A DNA stretch of 64,000 bases from Chloroflexia bacterium (GTDB lineage: Bacteria; Chloroflexota; Chloroflexia; Thermomicrobiales; CFX8): assembly GCA_030431755.1 (NCBI GenBank), contig JAUIIK010000003.1, positions 1,770-65,769 on the forward strand, given 5' to 3'. Made by a program: the position numbers and the translations under genes. The stretch's first letter is position 1. Each line of letters starts with the position of its first letter. Of this stretch, positions 47,226 through 56,186 are shown piece after piece. The notes below the pieces were generated by a model. The model had not been told where the DNA came from, searched no databases, and worked only from the letters and a program-made list of their open reading frames with translations.

Positions 47226-48216
47226 ACGCTAGCTCGACTGGCAACACGCTCCGATTGCCGGCATAGTCGAGAACCTCTATCTCAAGCCCCGCGCTGGCCG
47301 CCGAGGTTGCTCTTGCATCGACAAGCACAACGAACTCCAGCGCAGAGACTCCAGTCGATTCGTAGGCGTGCAGCGGCTCATCCACGCGTATTCGCAGCGA
47401 TCCGAGATCGCTATCGGGCGACACGGCAAAGCGCAGCGTCGGCGACCGCCGCAGATTCTCAGTTGGCGATAGCAACGTGATGACAGGTGGCGAGGTGTCG
47501 ACTCCGGCCGCGCGCCAGAACTCGGCGGCTATCCGGACGTGTCCTTCGTTCGTAGGGTGGACGTCAACAGGGTAACGTGTCAGATCGCGCGCCTCCTCGC
47601 CGAGCTCATTGGCGAGATCGACGATTGTAGCGCCGTTGTCATCTGCAGCCTGCCGAATCACCGCATTGAACTGCTCGATCCACCAGGCAGTGGATTGCGC
47701 GCTTGCGGGATTCTCGAGCGTTGGATCGTAGATGGTAGAGACCAGGAGCGGCGTTTCCGGACCAATTGCCAGGCGCACTTGCTCAACTGCCGCTGGCATT
47801 GAATCCATGAAAGCGGTAAGCGCGGCTTCGCGCTCGGCGTTCGAGGCGTCCCGCAGGTCGAGAATGTCGTTGCCGCCCAGCGTGAGCGTTACCGCAAGGA
47901 TCTCGGCACTGCGCGCGGTCGCGCTGTCTACCTCCACTGCCAGCGCTTGCAGCTGCCCATCTGCTACGAAGCTGTCCGAAGACTCGCCAGGCTCGGCGAG
48001 ATTCACAAGCTCTATCTGCGTTCCCAGTTCGATACCGTAGAGATCTCTGAGCAGCGTCGGATAGCCGCGAGTGCGCGGCAGGCTTGAACCGACGCCGGCG
48101 GCTACGGAGTCGCCGAGCGCGATGATGAGTGGTTCGGATTGCGCAGGTTGTGCCTGGATAGCTGGAATACTGCCGAGCACCAGGAGTAGCGTGGCGATCG
48201 TTTGGATAGGGATCAC
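47209..48216 (-). CDS. secreted SGNH/GDSL hydrolase family protein
   Basis: Signal peptide, block I IIALGDSVAAG, block III GGND, and block V region DVHPTNEGH. Confidence 0.8.
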   Translation of the reverse strand: MIPIQTIATLLLVLGSIPAIQAQPAQSEPLIIALGDSVAAGVGSSLPRTRGYPTLLRDLYGIELGTQIELVNLAEPGESSDSFVADGQLQALAVEVDSATARSAEILAVTLTLGGNDILDLRDASNAEREAALTAFMDSMPAAVEQVRLAIGPETPLLVSTIYDPTLENPASAQSTAWWIEQFNAVIRQAADDNGATIVDLANELGEEARDLTRYPVDVHPTNEGHVRIAAEFWRAAGVDTSPPVITLLSPTENLRRSPTLRFAVSPDSDLGSLRIRVDEPLHAYESTGVSALEFVVLVDARATSAASAGLEIEVLDYAGNRSVLPVELAFSPAR

Positions 48217-49145
48217 TGCTGGGTTGCCTCAGTCAGTTCGAGGACTTCAAGCGCCCGGCGGGCGACGGCCCGGCTACTCTCAAACGAAAGCCGGCCGACG
48301 ACCTCATCAGAGGCGACAAGGATGGTGTCGTTCTTGAGATGATCCTCGGCTTCGGGCGTCCGCTGGCCCGTGGCGACGAAGTAGACGACGTGGAAGTTCT
48401 CGTCATGATGCTCGAACTGCTCGATGCCGCCCCAGTTGGTTACCGTTGCCCGGAACCCGGTCTCTTCCCACACCTCGCGCGTGGCCGCGGCTGCCGCGGA
48501 CTCGCCCGCCTCGATGTGCCCTTTCGGTATGACGATTGTGCCATCGGCGGCCCGCCGCAGGACGAAGCGCTGCTCGTCAACGAGATAGGTCAGTGCGCCG
48601 GCCGTCGAGTGGAGTGCATCAGCGCCTGCTTGCGCCACGGCGCGGGCGGCAAACTCGCCTTTGATCCGCGCTGTTGTTGCCGGCAGCAATTCAGGGAGCA
48701 CCATCGTGTTGGCTGCGATTGGCATGAAGTTGGCGTCGCCGAGCCAGCGTGGGACGATGTGGAAGTGCAGGTGTTCGGCAATGCCGGCGCCGGCGACGGC
48801 GCCGATATTCAAGCCGATGTTGAAGCCATCGCACGCTAGCACGCGCGAGCCGACCTCCGTCGCCGCGTTTACGAGCTCCATGAGCTCCGCGCGTTCGATG
48901 GACGACAGCTCGTCCAATGCCGCCACCCGGCGTTTTGGAACGACCATCATATGACCAGTGTTGTAGGGAAAGAGATTCATGATGACGAAAGCATCGGTTC
49001 CGAGGTACACGACGAGTGAGTCCGGGTCGGCCGCAGATTCCAACGCGCTGAGAAAGACATCGCGGCGCAGCGCGGTCTCCGTTGTCGACTCTGCGCCGGT
49101 GACATATCCCATACGCCAAGGTGTCCACAGGCGCTCCATCGTCAA
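48213..49145 (-). CDS. HIT family (Ap4A phosphorylase-like) - Nudix hydrolase fusion protein
   Basis: N-terminus MERLWTPWRMGYV...FPYNTGHMMVVPKR...HLHFHIVPRWLGDANFM (HIT His triad). C-terminal Nudix box GHIEAGESAAAAATREVWEETGF. Confidence 0.82.
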   Translation of the reverse strand: MTMERLWTPWRMGYVTGAESTTETALRRDVFLSALESAADPDSLVVYLGTDAFVIMNLFPYNTGHMMVVPKRRVAALDELSSIERAELMELVNAATEVGSRVLACDGFNIGLNIGAVAGAGIAEHLHFHIVPRWLGDANFMPIAANTMVLPELLPATTARIKGEFAARAVAQAGADALHSTAGALTYLVDEQRFVLRRAADGTIVIPKGHIEAGESAAAAATREVWEETGFRATVTNWGGIEQFEHHDENFHVVYFVATGQRTPEAEDHLKNDTILVASDEVVGRLSFESSRAVARRALEVLELTEATQQ

Positions 49146-49358
49146 CAGCCGATCCTCTCGTCCAAGCGTTGCCAGATGATAGCAGCCGTCAGCGTGAGCC
49201 CCGTCGCCACAAACAGCTTGCTGCGTACGTTCGCTACGGTCGTGACCTTCGTCCGTTGGCCGCTATGCTATACTGCCAGATCGGTGGGCGCGACATCTTG
49301 CGCCTGCTGAACGCCTCGACGATGGCGTTCCTGATCTGGTGAGAGGACGCCGCGCGCT

Positions 49359-50834
49359 GTGGGGGCGAATGGGCGTATAGAGCACCGGGAAATCATTGAT
49401 GCGCCGAAGTGGGTGCTCACTGGCGCGCGCATGGCAAGCGACGCGGCGCTAGCTGGTGTCGCCTTTGTCGTTGCCTACTGGTTGAGATTTGATCTCCATG
49501 TCGGTGGGCAGGTGCCGCCCGAGTCTGAGCAGCCGCTGAGCTTCTTTACAACACAGATTGTCGTCTTCATGGTGATGTCGGTGCTCGTCTTCCAGGCGAA
49601 AGGGCTCTACCGCCTGCCGCGTTGGTCAACGCTGCTCGACGAAGCCTGGGCAATCTCCAGCGGTGTCGTTATCGCGATGGCGATGGTCATCCTAACGGCG
49701 TTCTTCCAGCGCTTCTACCCGTCGCGTCTCGTCTTCATTGCCGCCGTGCCGATTGCAATCGCGCTGCTGCTGCTCGCCCGGATGGTCGTCCGAACCGCGC
49801 GCGAACGCTTCTGGTCGCGGGGCATCGGCGTCGACCGGGTGGCGGTGATTGGCTCCGGCCGGGCCGCCCGCCGGATCATGCAGTGGATGTTCAGTCAGCC
49901 TCAGCTCGGCTACGAGGTTGTCGGGTTCGTTGCCGATGGATCGATTGAAGAGGGGGTCGCTATCGCCACCCCGAACGCGGTAGTGCGCCCGATGCATCTC
50001 GGGCCGACTGAAGCGCTGCGTAGCATCGTTGCCCGCGAAGGCATCGACGAGGTGATCATCGCATTGCCGCCGCGCGATCACGACCGCATCGTCGAGATGA
50101 TCGACCTCTGCCGGCGCATCGACATCGAGTTCAAGCTCGTGCCGGATCTCTACACGATGGCGCTCGACCATGTGAATATCCACGAGGTCGAGGGCATGCC
50201 CCTGATTGGACTCAAGCCGCCGCAGATCTCGGGCTGGAATTTCCTCGTCAAGCGCGCAATGGACGTCGCATTGTCGGCCTTCGTGCTCGTGGCTTTCTCG
50301 TGGCTCTTTGCGATCATCGCGTTGGCGATCAGGCTCGACTCGAAGGGCAATGTCTTCTTTTCACAGGTGCGGGTGGGCCGTGGCGGGCAGCGCTTTATCT
50401 GCTACAAGTTTCGGACTATGGTCAGCGACGCCGAGGAACAGCGGCACCGCTTGCAGCAGCTACATGGCCAGGGCACGCTGCTCTTCAAGCTCAAAGACGA
50501 TCCTCGACGGACGCGAGTGGGCGCGATGCTGCGGCGATCGAGCCTCGATGAGCTACCGCAGTTCATCAACATTCTGCTGGGTCATATGAGCATCGTCGGT
50601 CCGCGCCCGGCCATTCCTCCCGAGGTCGCGGAATACGAAGACTGGCACTTCGACCGCTTGCTTGTGCCACCGGGCCTGACGGGCCTCTGGCAGGTCAATG
50701 GCCGTAGCAATCTGAGCTTTGACGAGATGGTCCGGCTCGACCTCTACTATGCCGAGAACTGGTCGCCCTGGCTCGATATCAAGACGATGATTCGGACCGT
50801 CCCGGCAATTGTCACCGCTCGTGGCGCATACTAG
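49359..50834 (+). CDS. polyprenyl-phosphate sugar-phosphate transferase (WbaP/EpsL-type bacterial sugar transferase)
   Basis: 491 aa with N-terminal TM bundle and central Rossmann-like region. C-terminal catalytic domain: KRAMDVALSAF..., RFICYKFRTM, DELPQFINILLGHMSIVGPRP. Confidence 0.9.
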   Translation: MGANGRIEHREIIDAPKWVLTGARMASDAALAGVAFVVAYWLRFDLHVGGQVPPESEQPLSFFTTQIVVFMVMSVLVFQAKGLYRLPRWSTLLDEAWAISSGVVIAMAMVILTAFFQRFYPSRLVFIAAVPIAIALLLLARMVVRTARERFWSRGIGVDRVAVIGSGRAARRIMQWMFSQPQLGYEVVGFVADGSIEEGVAIATPNAVVRPMHLGPTEALRSIVAREGIDEVIIALPPRDHDRIVEMIDLCRRIDIEFKLVPDLYTMALDHVNIHEVEGMPLIGLKPPQISGWNFLVKRAMDVALSAFVLVAFSWLFAIIALAIRLDSKGNVFFSQVRVGRGGQRFICYKFRTMVSDAEEQRHRLQQLHGQGTLLFKLKDDPRRTRVGAMLRRSSLDELPQFINILLGHMSIVGPRPAIPPEVAEYEDWHFDRLLVPPGLTGLWQVNGRSNLSFDEMVRLDLYYAENWSPWLDIKTMIRTVPAIVTARGAY

Positions 50835-50853
50835 CGCCAGCGCCGGACACACC

Positions 50854-51975
50854 ATGCCAGGCGCGGCTCGCACGCCGCGCACGCTGATTGTTCACGACTA
50901 TCTCAACCAGTACGGTGGCGCTGAGCGCGTGCTCGAAGCGATGCGTGAGATGTTCCCAGACGCCCCGGCGATGACGTCGATCTACGACCCTGGCGCGATG
51001 CCGGAGCGGTTCGACGATTGGGAGATCCAAGCTAGCTGGATCGACCGGATTCCCGGGGTGTATGACCGCCACCAATGGGCGCTGCCGCTCTATCCGCTCG
51101 CCTTTCGCAACATTCCGGCTGGCCGGCCGGATCTCGTCCTGTCGACTTCTAGCGCCTGGGCGAAAGGCGTCCGGGTGCCGCCCGGTAGCGTGCATGTCGC
51201 GTATATCCACTCGCCGATGCGCTTTGCCTGGAACTTTGATCAGTATTGCGAGCGCGAGCGGGTGCCGGAGATCGCCAGGCAGGTATTGCCGCCCTTCATG
51301 GGTATGCTGCGCTGGCGTGACCGGGTATCGGCTCAACGCATCACGCGTATCGTTGCCAATTCCACAGCGGTACGGGATCGGATCCGCGCATTCTGGCGCA
51401 GGGACGCCGATATCGTCTTTCCGCCGGTGGCCACGGACCGCTTCAAGCCAGCGCCGGTGTCCGAACTCGGCCCTGACTATCTGGTGGTCTCACGGCTTGT
51501 GCCCTACAAGCGGATCGATCTCGTGGTAGAGGCGTTCAATCGCCTGGGATTGCCGCTCGTTGTTGTTGGCGATGGTCGCGCGCAAGCAGCGTTGGAGAAG
51601 ATGGCTGCTCCAAACGTGCGCTTTCTCGGACGCGTGTCCGACGAGGAGGTCCTGCGGCTGAGCGCGACGTGCAGGGCAGCCGTCTTCATGTCTGAGGATG
51701 ACTTTGGTATCTCGCAGGTGGAAGTGCAAGCGGCTGGCCGTCCGGTAATTGCCCTCGCGCGTGGCGGTGTGCTTGACTCTGTGATCCCGGACGAGACCGG
51801 GGTTTGGGTGGACGAGCAGACCGTCGACGCACTGTGCGAGGCAATTGCCCGTTTCGAGCGGCTGCGATTTGACCCTGCGCGTCTGGTCGAACATGCGGCG
51901 AAGTTCTCGACAGAGCGTTTCAAGACAGAACTTCAAGCGGTCATTGACACGGCGCTCGCCACTGAAACTGTCTGA
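50854..51975 (+). CDS. glycosyltransferase family 4 (GT-B fold)
   Basis: LIVHDYLNQYGGAERV at the N-terminus and a C-terminal EDFGISQVEVQAAGRPVIA (E-x7-E region). Start set at ATG 50854. Confidence 0.85.
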   Translation: MPGAARTPRTLIVHDYLNQYGGAERVLEAMREMFPDAPAMTSIYDPGAMPERFDDWEIQASWIDRIPGVYDRHQWALPLYPLAFRNIPAGRPDLVLSTSSAWAKGVRVPPGSVHVAYIHSPMRFAWNFDQYCERERVPEIARQVLPPFMGMLRWRDRVSAQRITRIVANSTAVRDRIRAFWRRDADIVFPPVATDRFKPAPVSELGPDYLVVSRLVPYKRIDLVVEAFNRLGLPLVVVGDGRAQAALEKMAAPNVRFLGRVSDEEVLRLSATCRAAVFMSEDDFGISQVEVQAAGRPVIALARGGVLDSVIPDETGVWVDEQTVDALCEAIARFERLRFDPARLVEHAAKFSTERFKTELQAVIDTALATETV

Positions 51976-51984
51976 AGGAGCTTT

Positions 51985-52671
51985 ATGGAACTGCGCGCCT
52001 ACGCATCCGTACTTGCACGCAGGTGGTTGATCATTGTCCTGTTGCCGCTTGCGGCCGCGCTGGCGATCGTTGTCTACGACGGCTCCCGGAAGACGCAGTA
52101 CACCGCCGAATCGCGGCTCTCCGTCAGCCGTCTGTCAGGCGAGTCGACCGACGGCGAGTACGAGTTCGATGACTACTACGACCTGCTGTCATCGGACTTC
52201 ATTCTCGACGACACTGCCGAGATCGTGCGCGGTAATGTCTTCGCGGCAGCGGTGGCAGAGCGCCTCCAGGGCCAGGGCATCGAGGTGCAGGTCGAGTCAG
52301 TCGCAAATGCACTTGCGGCAACGCGGGAGCACCGCATTTTGTCGATCGACGCCACAACAGATGACGAGGGTCTTGCGATTGTCATCGCGAATGTCGCGGC
52401 TATCGAACTGCAGGAGGATTTCGCCGACTACCTGGGCGTCGAAGGCGATCCATTGCCGATCACCATCCGTCCGGTCGAAGTGCCGATTGCCGCCGAGTCT
52501 GACGATCTGCGGGTGCGTCTGACCTACATCATGGCCCTCGTTGTCGCCGTCGGGTTCGGCGTGCTGCTAGCGCTGCTCGTCGAGTACTTCGACGATAGCC
52601 TGGACCTCGACGCTGCTGAAACTGCGCTTGGGATCGATCTGCTCGGCGTCGTGCGGGATAACGACCGATGA
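51985..52671 (+). CDS. Wzz/CapA-like polysaccharide co-polymerase (chain-length determinant) protein
   Basis: 228 aa with N- and C-terminal TM helices flanking a periplasmic/extracytoplasmic domain. The N-terminus is typical of Wzz (YASVLARRWLIIVLLPL). Confidence 0.75.
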   Translation: MELRAYASVLARRWLIIVLLPLAAALAIVVYDGSRKTQYTAESRLSVSRLSGESTDGEYEFDDYYDLLSSDFILDDTAEIVRGNVFAAAVAERLQGQGIEVQVESVANALAATREHRILSIDATTDDEGLAIVIANVAAIELQEDFADYLGVEGDPLPITIRPVEVPIAAESDDLRVRLTYIMALVVAVGFGVLLALLVEYFDDSLDLDAAETALGIDLLGVVRDNDR

Positions 52672-53369
52672 TGCGGCTCGAAGAGCTGCTACCGGATGTG
52701 CTGCGACGCTGGTGGGTGGTGTTGATCGCGGCCGTCGTCGCCGCGTCGATTGGCTACGCCCTGACAAGCGACCACACTGGTGAGTACTCGGTAAGTGTCA
52801 GGATTGCGGCGAACGCTGAGCCAGCCGACTACTGGCTCGATCTGTACGCAAAGAACCGGCTCGCAACTTACGAGCCGATGATCAACAACTACAACTTCGT
52901 CCAAGGGGCGCTGGCGGCGGCTGATCTGGATGTCGATCCCAGCCACGCCCAGCAGGTGTTGCAGGTATCGCACATCACCAATCAGAACATCCTGACGATC
53001 ACCGTTGTCGACACGCAGCCGGAACGCGCGGCGAACATCGCGAATGCTGTTCAGGCGGCGTTCATCGAGCTAAACGAGGAACAGAACGCGGATCTCGTGG
53101 CGCGCGTCGAGCGCGATCCGGACACATTTACGCCGCGCGTTGTAATGACCATGCTCGAAACGGCGGGTCCCCCAGACGATCCAGTTGCGGGAGACCGCCG
53201 CACCACGTCAATTGCTGCCGGGTTGCTCGGCGCGATTGCTGGCGGGCTTGTTGTCGTGCTGCTGATCTACCGGGACGATGCGCTACGCAGCCTGGAAGAT
53301 ATCGACCGGCACGTGGCGCGGCCAGTGCTGGCTGTAATCCGCGATGACGCAGTCGTTGCTGAGAGGTAG
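52668..53369 (+). CDS. Wzz/CapA-like polysaccharide co-polymerase protein (second copy)
   Basis: 233 aa with the same two-TM topology (LRRWWVVLIAAVVAA ... LLGAIAGGLVVVLLIY). ATGA overlap with the upstream copy. Confidence 0.72.
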   Translation: MMRLEELLPDVLRRWWVVLIAAVVAASIGYALTSDHTGEYSVSVRIAANAEPADYWLDLYAKNRLATYEPMINNYNFVQGALAAADLDVDPSHAQQVLQVSHITNQNILTITVVDTQPERAANIANAVQAAFIELNEEQNADLVARVERDPDTFTPRVVMTMLETAGPPDDPVAGDRRTTSIAAGLLGAIAGGLVVVLLIYRDDALRSLEDIDRHVARPVLAVIRDDAVVAER

Positions 53370-53378
53370 GCTCATCTG

Positions 53379-53951
53379 ATGCCCGAGGACCAGACGCTCG
53401 AAACCTACCGCGCGCTCCGCGACACGATCAAACACGTCACTGGAGATGAACCGGTGCGATCTGTCCTGTTCGTGGATGTTGACCGCGGTAGCCAGAGCGT
53501 GGTCGCTAAACGCGTGGCCCGGACCTTTCAGGATGCCAACGATCGCTGTGTTCTGATCGACGCAAATCTGCGCGACGGGGCCGGCGGCAGCGTCGGCCTG
53601 TCGGATCTCATCGTGGACCCAAACCGCGACATTTCAGCCGACTCAGTTGATGGGCTTGCGCGTATCGGTCCTGGGTCGGTCGCTAACCCTGATCTGTTGG
53701 CGTCGAGAGACTTCGAGCCGGCGCTCGCCAGGATTGTCGAGCAGCATGACTACGCAATCGTCACCTGCAACGGATATCCGGCATCCGGCGATGCCGTCGC
53801 GATCGGACCTGTCGTTGACGCGGTGATCCTCGTTATCTCAGCCGGCGTGACCGGGCGGGAGCCGGCGATTCGGGCGCGCGATGCCCTCGAGCGGGTTGGC
53901 GCGCGCATACTCGGCATGGTGGTAATCGAGCGACCCAGACGCTGGTTCTAG
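53379..53951 (+). CDS. CapB/CpsD-like BY-kinase homolog with degenerate Walker motifs (probable pseudokinase)
   Basis: The N-terminal ETYRALRDTIKH matches the EAYRxLRTNI signature. The Walker A position reads DVDRGSQS, A' reads LIDANLR, and Walker B reads DYAIVTCNG. There is no C-terminal Tyr cluster. Confidence 0.7.
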   Translation: MPEDQTLETYRALRDTIKHVTGDEPVRSVLFVDVDRGSQSVVAKRVARTFQDANDRCVLIDANLRDGAGGSVGLSDLIVDPNRDISADSVDGLARIGPGSVANPDLLASRDFEPALARIVEQHDYAIVTCNGYPASGDAVAIGPVVDAVILVISAGVTGREPAIRARDALERVGARILGMVVIERPRRWF

Positions 53952-53963
53952 GAGAGGGGCCCG

Positions 53964-54623
53964 ATGCTTGCGAAAGTGTTGAGCTGCGCAACAATCGGGC
54001 TTGACGGGGTGCTGGTCGAGGTCGAAGTCGACACCGGCCCAGGGCGTCCGAACTTCATTGTCGTGGGTCTCCCGGATGCGGCGGTGCAGGAATCTCGCGA
54101 GCGAGTCCGGACGGCGATTCGCAACAGCGGCATCCGCTTCCCGCTCGGCCGGGTCACGGTGAATCTCGCGCCGGCCGACATTCGCAAGGAAGGGCCCGCC
54201 TACGACCTGCCGATTGCCGTTGGTGTCCTCAGCTCCTACGGCGGCATCGACGATCCTCTCGACGACGCGCTTGTCGTTGGCGAGCTCTCGCTGGACGGGA
54301 GCCTGCGGCCTACAAACGGCGTACTCCCGATGGTCTCCGTCGCCTTGCGCGATGGGTTGAAGCGGGTCTTTGTGCCGTGGTCGAACGCCGACGAGGCGGC
54401 ATTGGTCGAGGGCGTTGATGTCTATCCGATCGAGAGCCTGAGCGCCCTCGTCCGCCACTTGAGTGGCGAAGCGCCGATTCCACCGTATCGTGGCAAACCG
54501 CTGGATGCCGCGAGTTTCGAGCCGGGCGAGGCGCTTGACTTCAAGCACATCCGGGGACAGGAGCAGGTCAAACGCGGACTTGAGGTCGCTGCCGCTGGAA
54601 ACCACAACGTCCTGATGTTGTGA
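53964..54623 (+). pseudogene. comM: comM/yifB (Mg-chelatase-like AAA+ competence protein), 5' fragment truncated by element insertion
   Basis: 219 aa: MLAKVLSCATIGLDGVLVEVEVD..NLAPADIRKEGPAYDLPIAVGVL..IRGQEQVKRGLEVAAAGNHNVLML-stop. It ends where the Walker A GPPGxGKT should begin; full-length ComM is about 500 aa. Confidence 0.85.
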
Positions 54624-54635
54624 ACGCTCTACCGG

Positions 54636-56180
54636 CTAAGACTCACTATCCCAATGGAATGGCGTGATCGTCCATTGTTGTCCATTGCCCCAGGCGCGAA
54701 ACCCCAGCAGCTCGACCAACTTCCGCCGATCCGCGAAGGGTAGCTGGCGCATGCGTGGACGGACTCCTTCGACGATGCCTTCTAGCGTCACGAGCGTGGA
54801 CCGATGCGCCGCCTGAGCCTCTAGCGCCTTCGTCGTCTCTGCCAGCAGACCGTCCAGCCGGCGTCGTTCCTCCTCGATCGCCGCGACCTCATCCCGCAAG
54901 AGTTCGAAGAGCGCACCATCCGACCTGGCATAGTCGCGCACCAAGCGCCGTTGCCGGTCGTCGAGTTCACCGCGCTGACGCTGGAGTGCTTTGTGCTGGC
55001 GCTCGACATCCGGGTCAACCCGCGCCCCAGTCGTGTGCCGCTCGAATTCTCGCTCCAGTACGCGAGGCTCGGCGATGAGCGAGACGACGTCATCCCAGAG
55101 GTCCGCGTCGAGTTTGTCCATGCGAATCGAGCGCCCGCCGCAGGAGCGACGCATCACGAACCGAGCCGAGCAACGGTAGTAGTGATAGCGCAGGCCCTGG
55201 GCGTTGCGCTTTCCCGTGTCGGTATGCATCGGCAGTCCGCAGGTGCCACAGGTAACGAGTCCACGAGCGAGCGCGGGGTACAGCTCCTCGCGATAAGTCC
55301 GGGATGACATGTTGCTCGCCAGCTGTCGCTGTGCGGCATGCCAGAGATCCTCGGAGACAATCGCCGGCGTGACATGATCCGGCATCGCAATCCACTCGGA
55401 CTCATCGCGGGTGCTCCACTGGGTGCCTTCCCAGCGCCAGACGAACTCGGTGCCCTTGTAGGCCGGGTCATGGAGCATCCGGAAGAGTTGCGACTTGCTC
55501 CACTGTGGCGTGTGTCCGTCCTCATACCGGACTTTCCCGGCGCTGGGGGCCGGGATGCCCCGGTCGTTCAGGTCGTGCTCGATCCCCCGCAGTCCCTTAC
55601 CCTCGTAAGCACACATCTCAAAGATCATGCGCACCACTGCCGCTTCGGCCGCGTGGAGGCGGCGGACCCCGGCTTCGTTGTCTCTGCGGTATCCAAACTT
55701 CTCGATCCCTGAGCGGTGGATCTTCCCGGAGAGCACCCGTTGGCGCTTTCCGCGGATGGTGCGTTCGACGCGCTGTTCTTGCTCGATCTCGGCTGCGAAC
55801 GCCTTCGCGGCGAGGATAAACCGGCCGACTGCCGAGTCTTCGAAGGTTTCGGTCACGAGCTCCAAACGCGCGCCGTGCCGCTCGAACTCATCCATGAGGA
55901 TGGCGACGTGGGCCTGATGTCGACTCAGCCGGTCAAGCGCATAGCAGAGGACGACGTCGACGCCGCCGGCGCGCACTGCTTCACGGAGTTCGCTCAGCGC
56001 GGGGCGCTCCCGCCAGACCGAGCCGCTATGGACATCGGCGAACGCGCGCACGATCTCGAGCTCGTGTTCGCTCGCATGCTTCCGGGCGCGGTCCTCCTGG
56101 GACGCGAGCGACGTGCCTTCGACCGCCTGATCTTCCGTCGAAACGCGCAGATAGAGCATGGTACGGGCTGAATCAGTCAT
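54636..56180 (-). CDS. large serine recombinase (phage integrase)
   Basis: 514 aa with resolvase catalytic domain (MLYLRVSTEDQ...), recombinase domain, zinc ribbon CGTCG...YYRCS...SCGG and C-terminal coiled coil. Confidence 0.93.
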   Translation of the reverse strand: MTDSARTMLYLRVSTEDQAVEGTSLASQEDRARKHASEHELEIVRAFADVHSGSVWRERPALSELREAVRAGGVDVVLCYALDRLSRHQAHVAILMDEFERHGARLELVTETFEDSAVGRFILAAKAFAAEIEQEQRVERTIRGKRQRVLSGKIHRSGIEKFGYRRDNEAGVRRLHAAEAAVVRMIFEMCAYEGKGLRGIEHDLNDRGIPAPSAGKVRYEDGHTPQWSKSQLFRMLHDPAYKGTEFVWRWEGTQWSTRDESEWIAMPDHVTPAIVSEDLWHAAQRQLASNMSSRTYREELYPALARGLVTCGTCGLPMHTDTGKRNAQGLRYHYYRCSARFVMRRSCGGRSIRMDKLDADLWDDVVSLIAEPRVLEREFERHTTGARVDPDVERQHKALQRQRGELDDRQRRLVRDYARSDGALFELLRDEVAAIEEERRRLDGLLAETTKALEAQAAHRSTLVTLEGIVEGVRPRMRQLPFADRRKLVELLGFRAWGNGQQWTITPFHWDSES

Positions 56181-56186
56181 CGGCGT

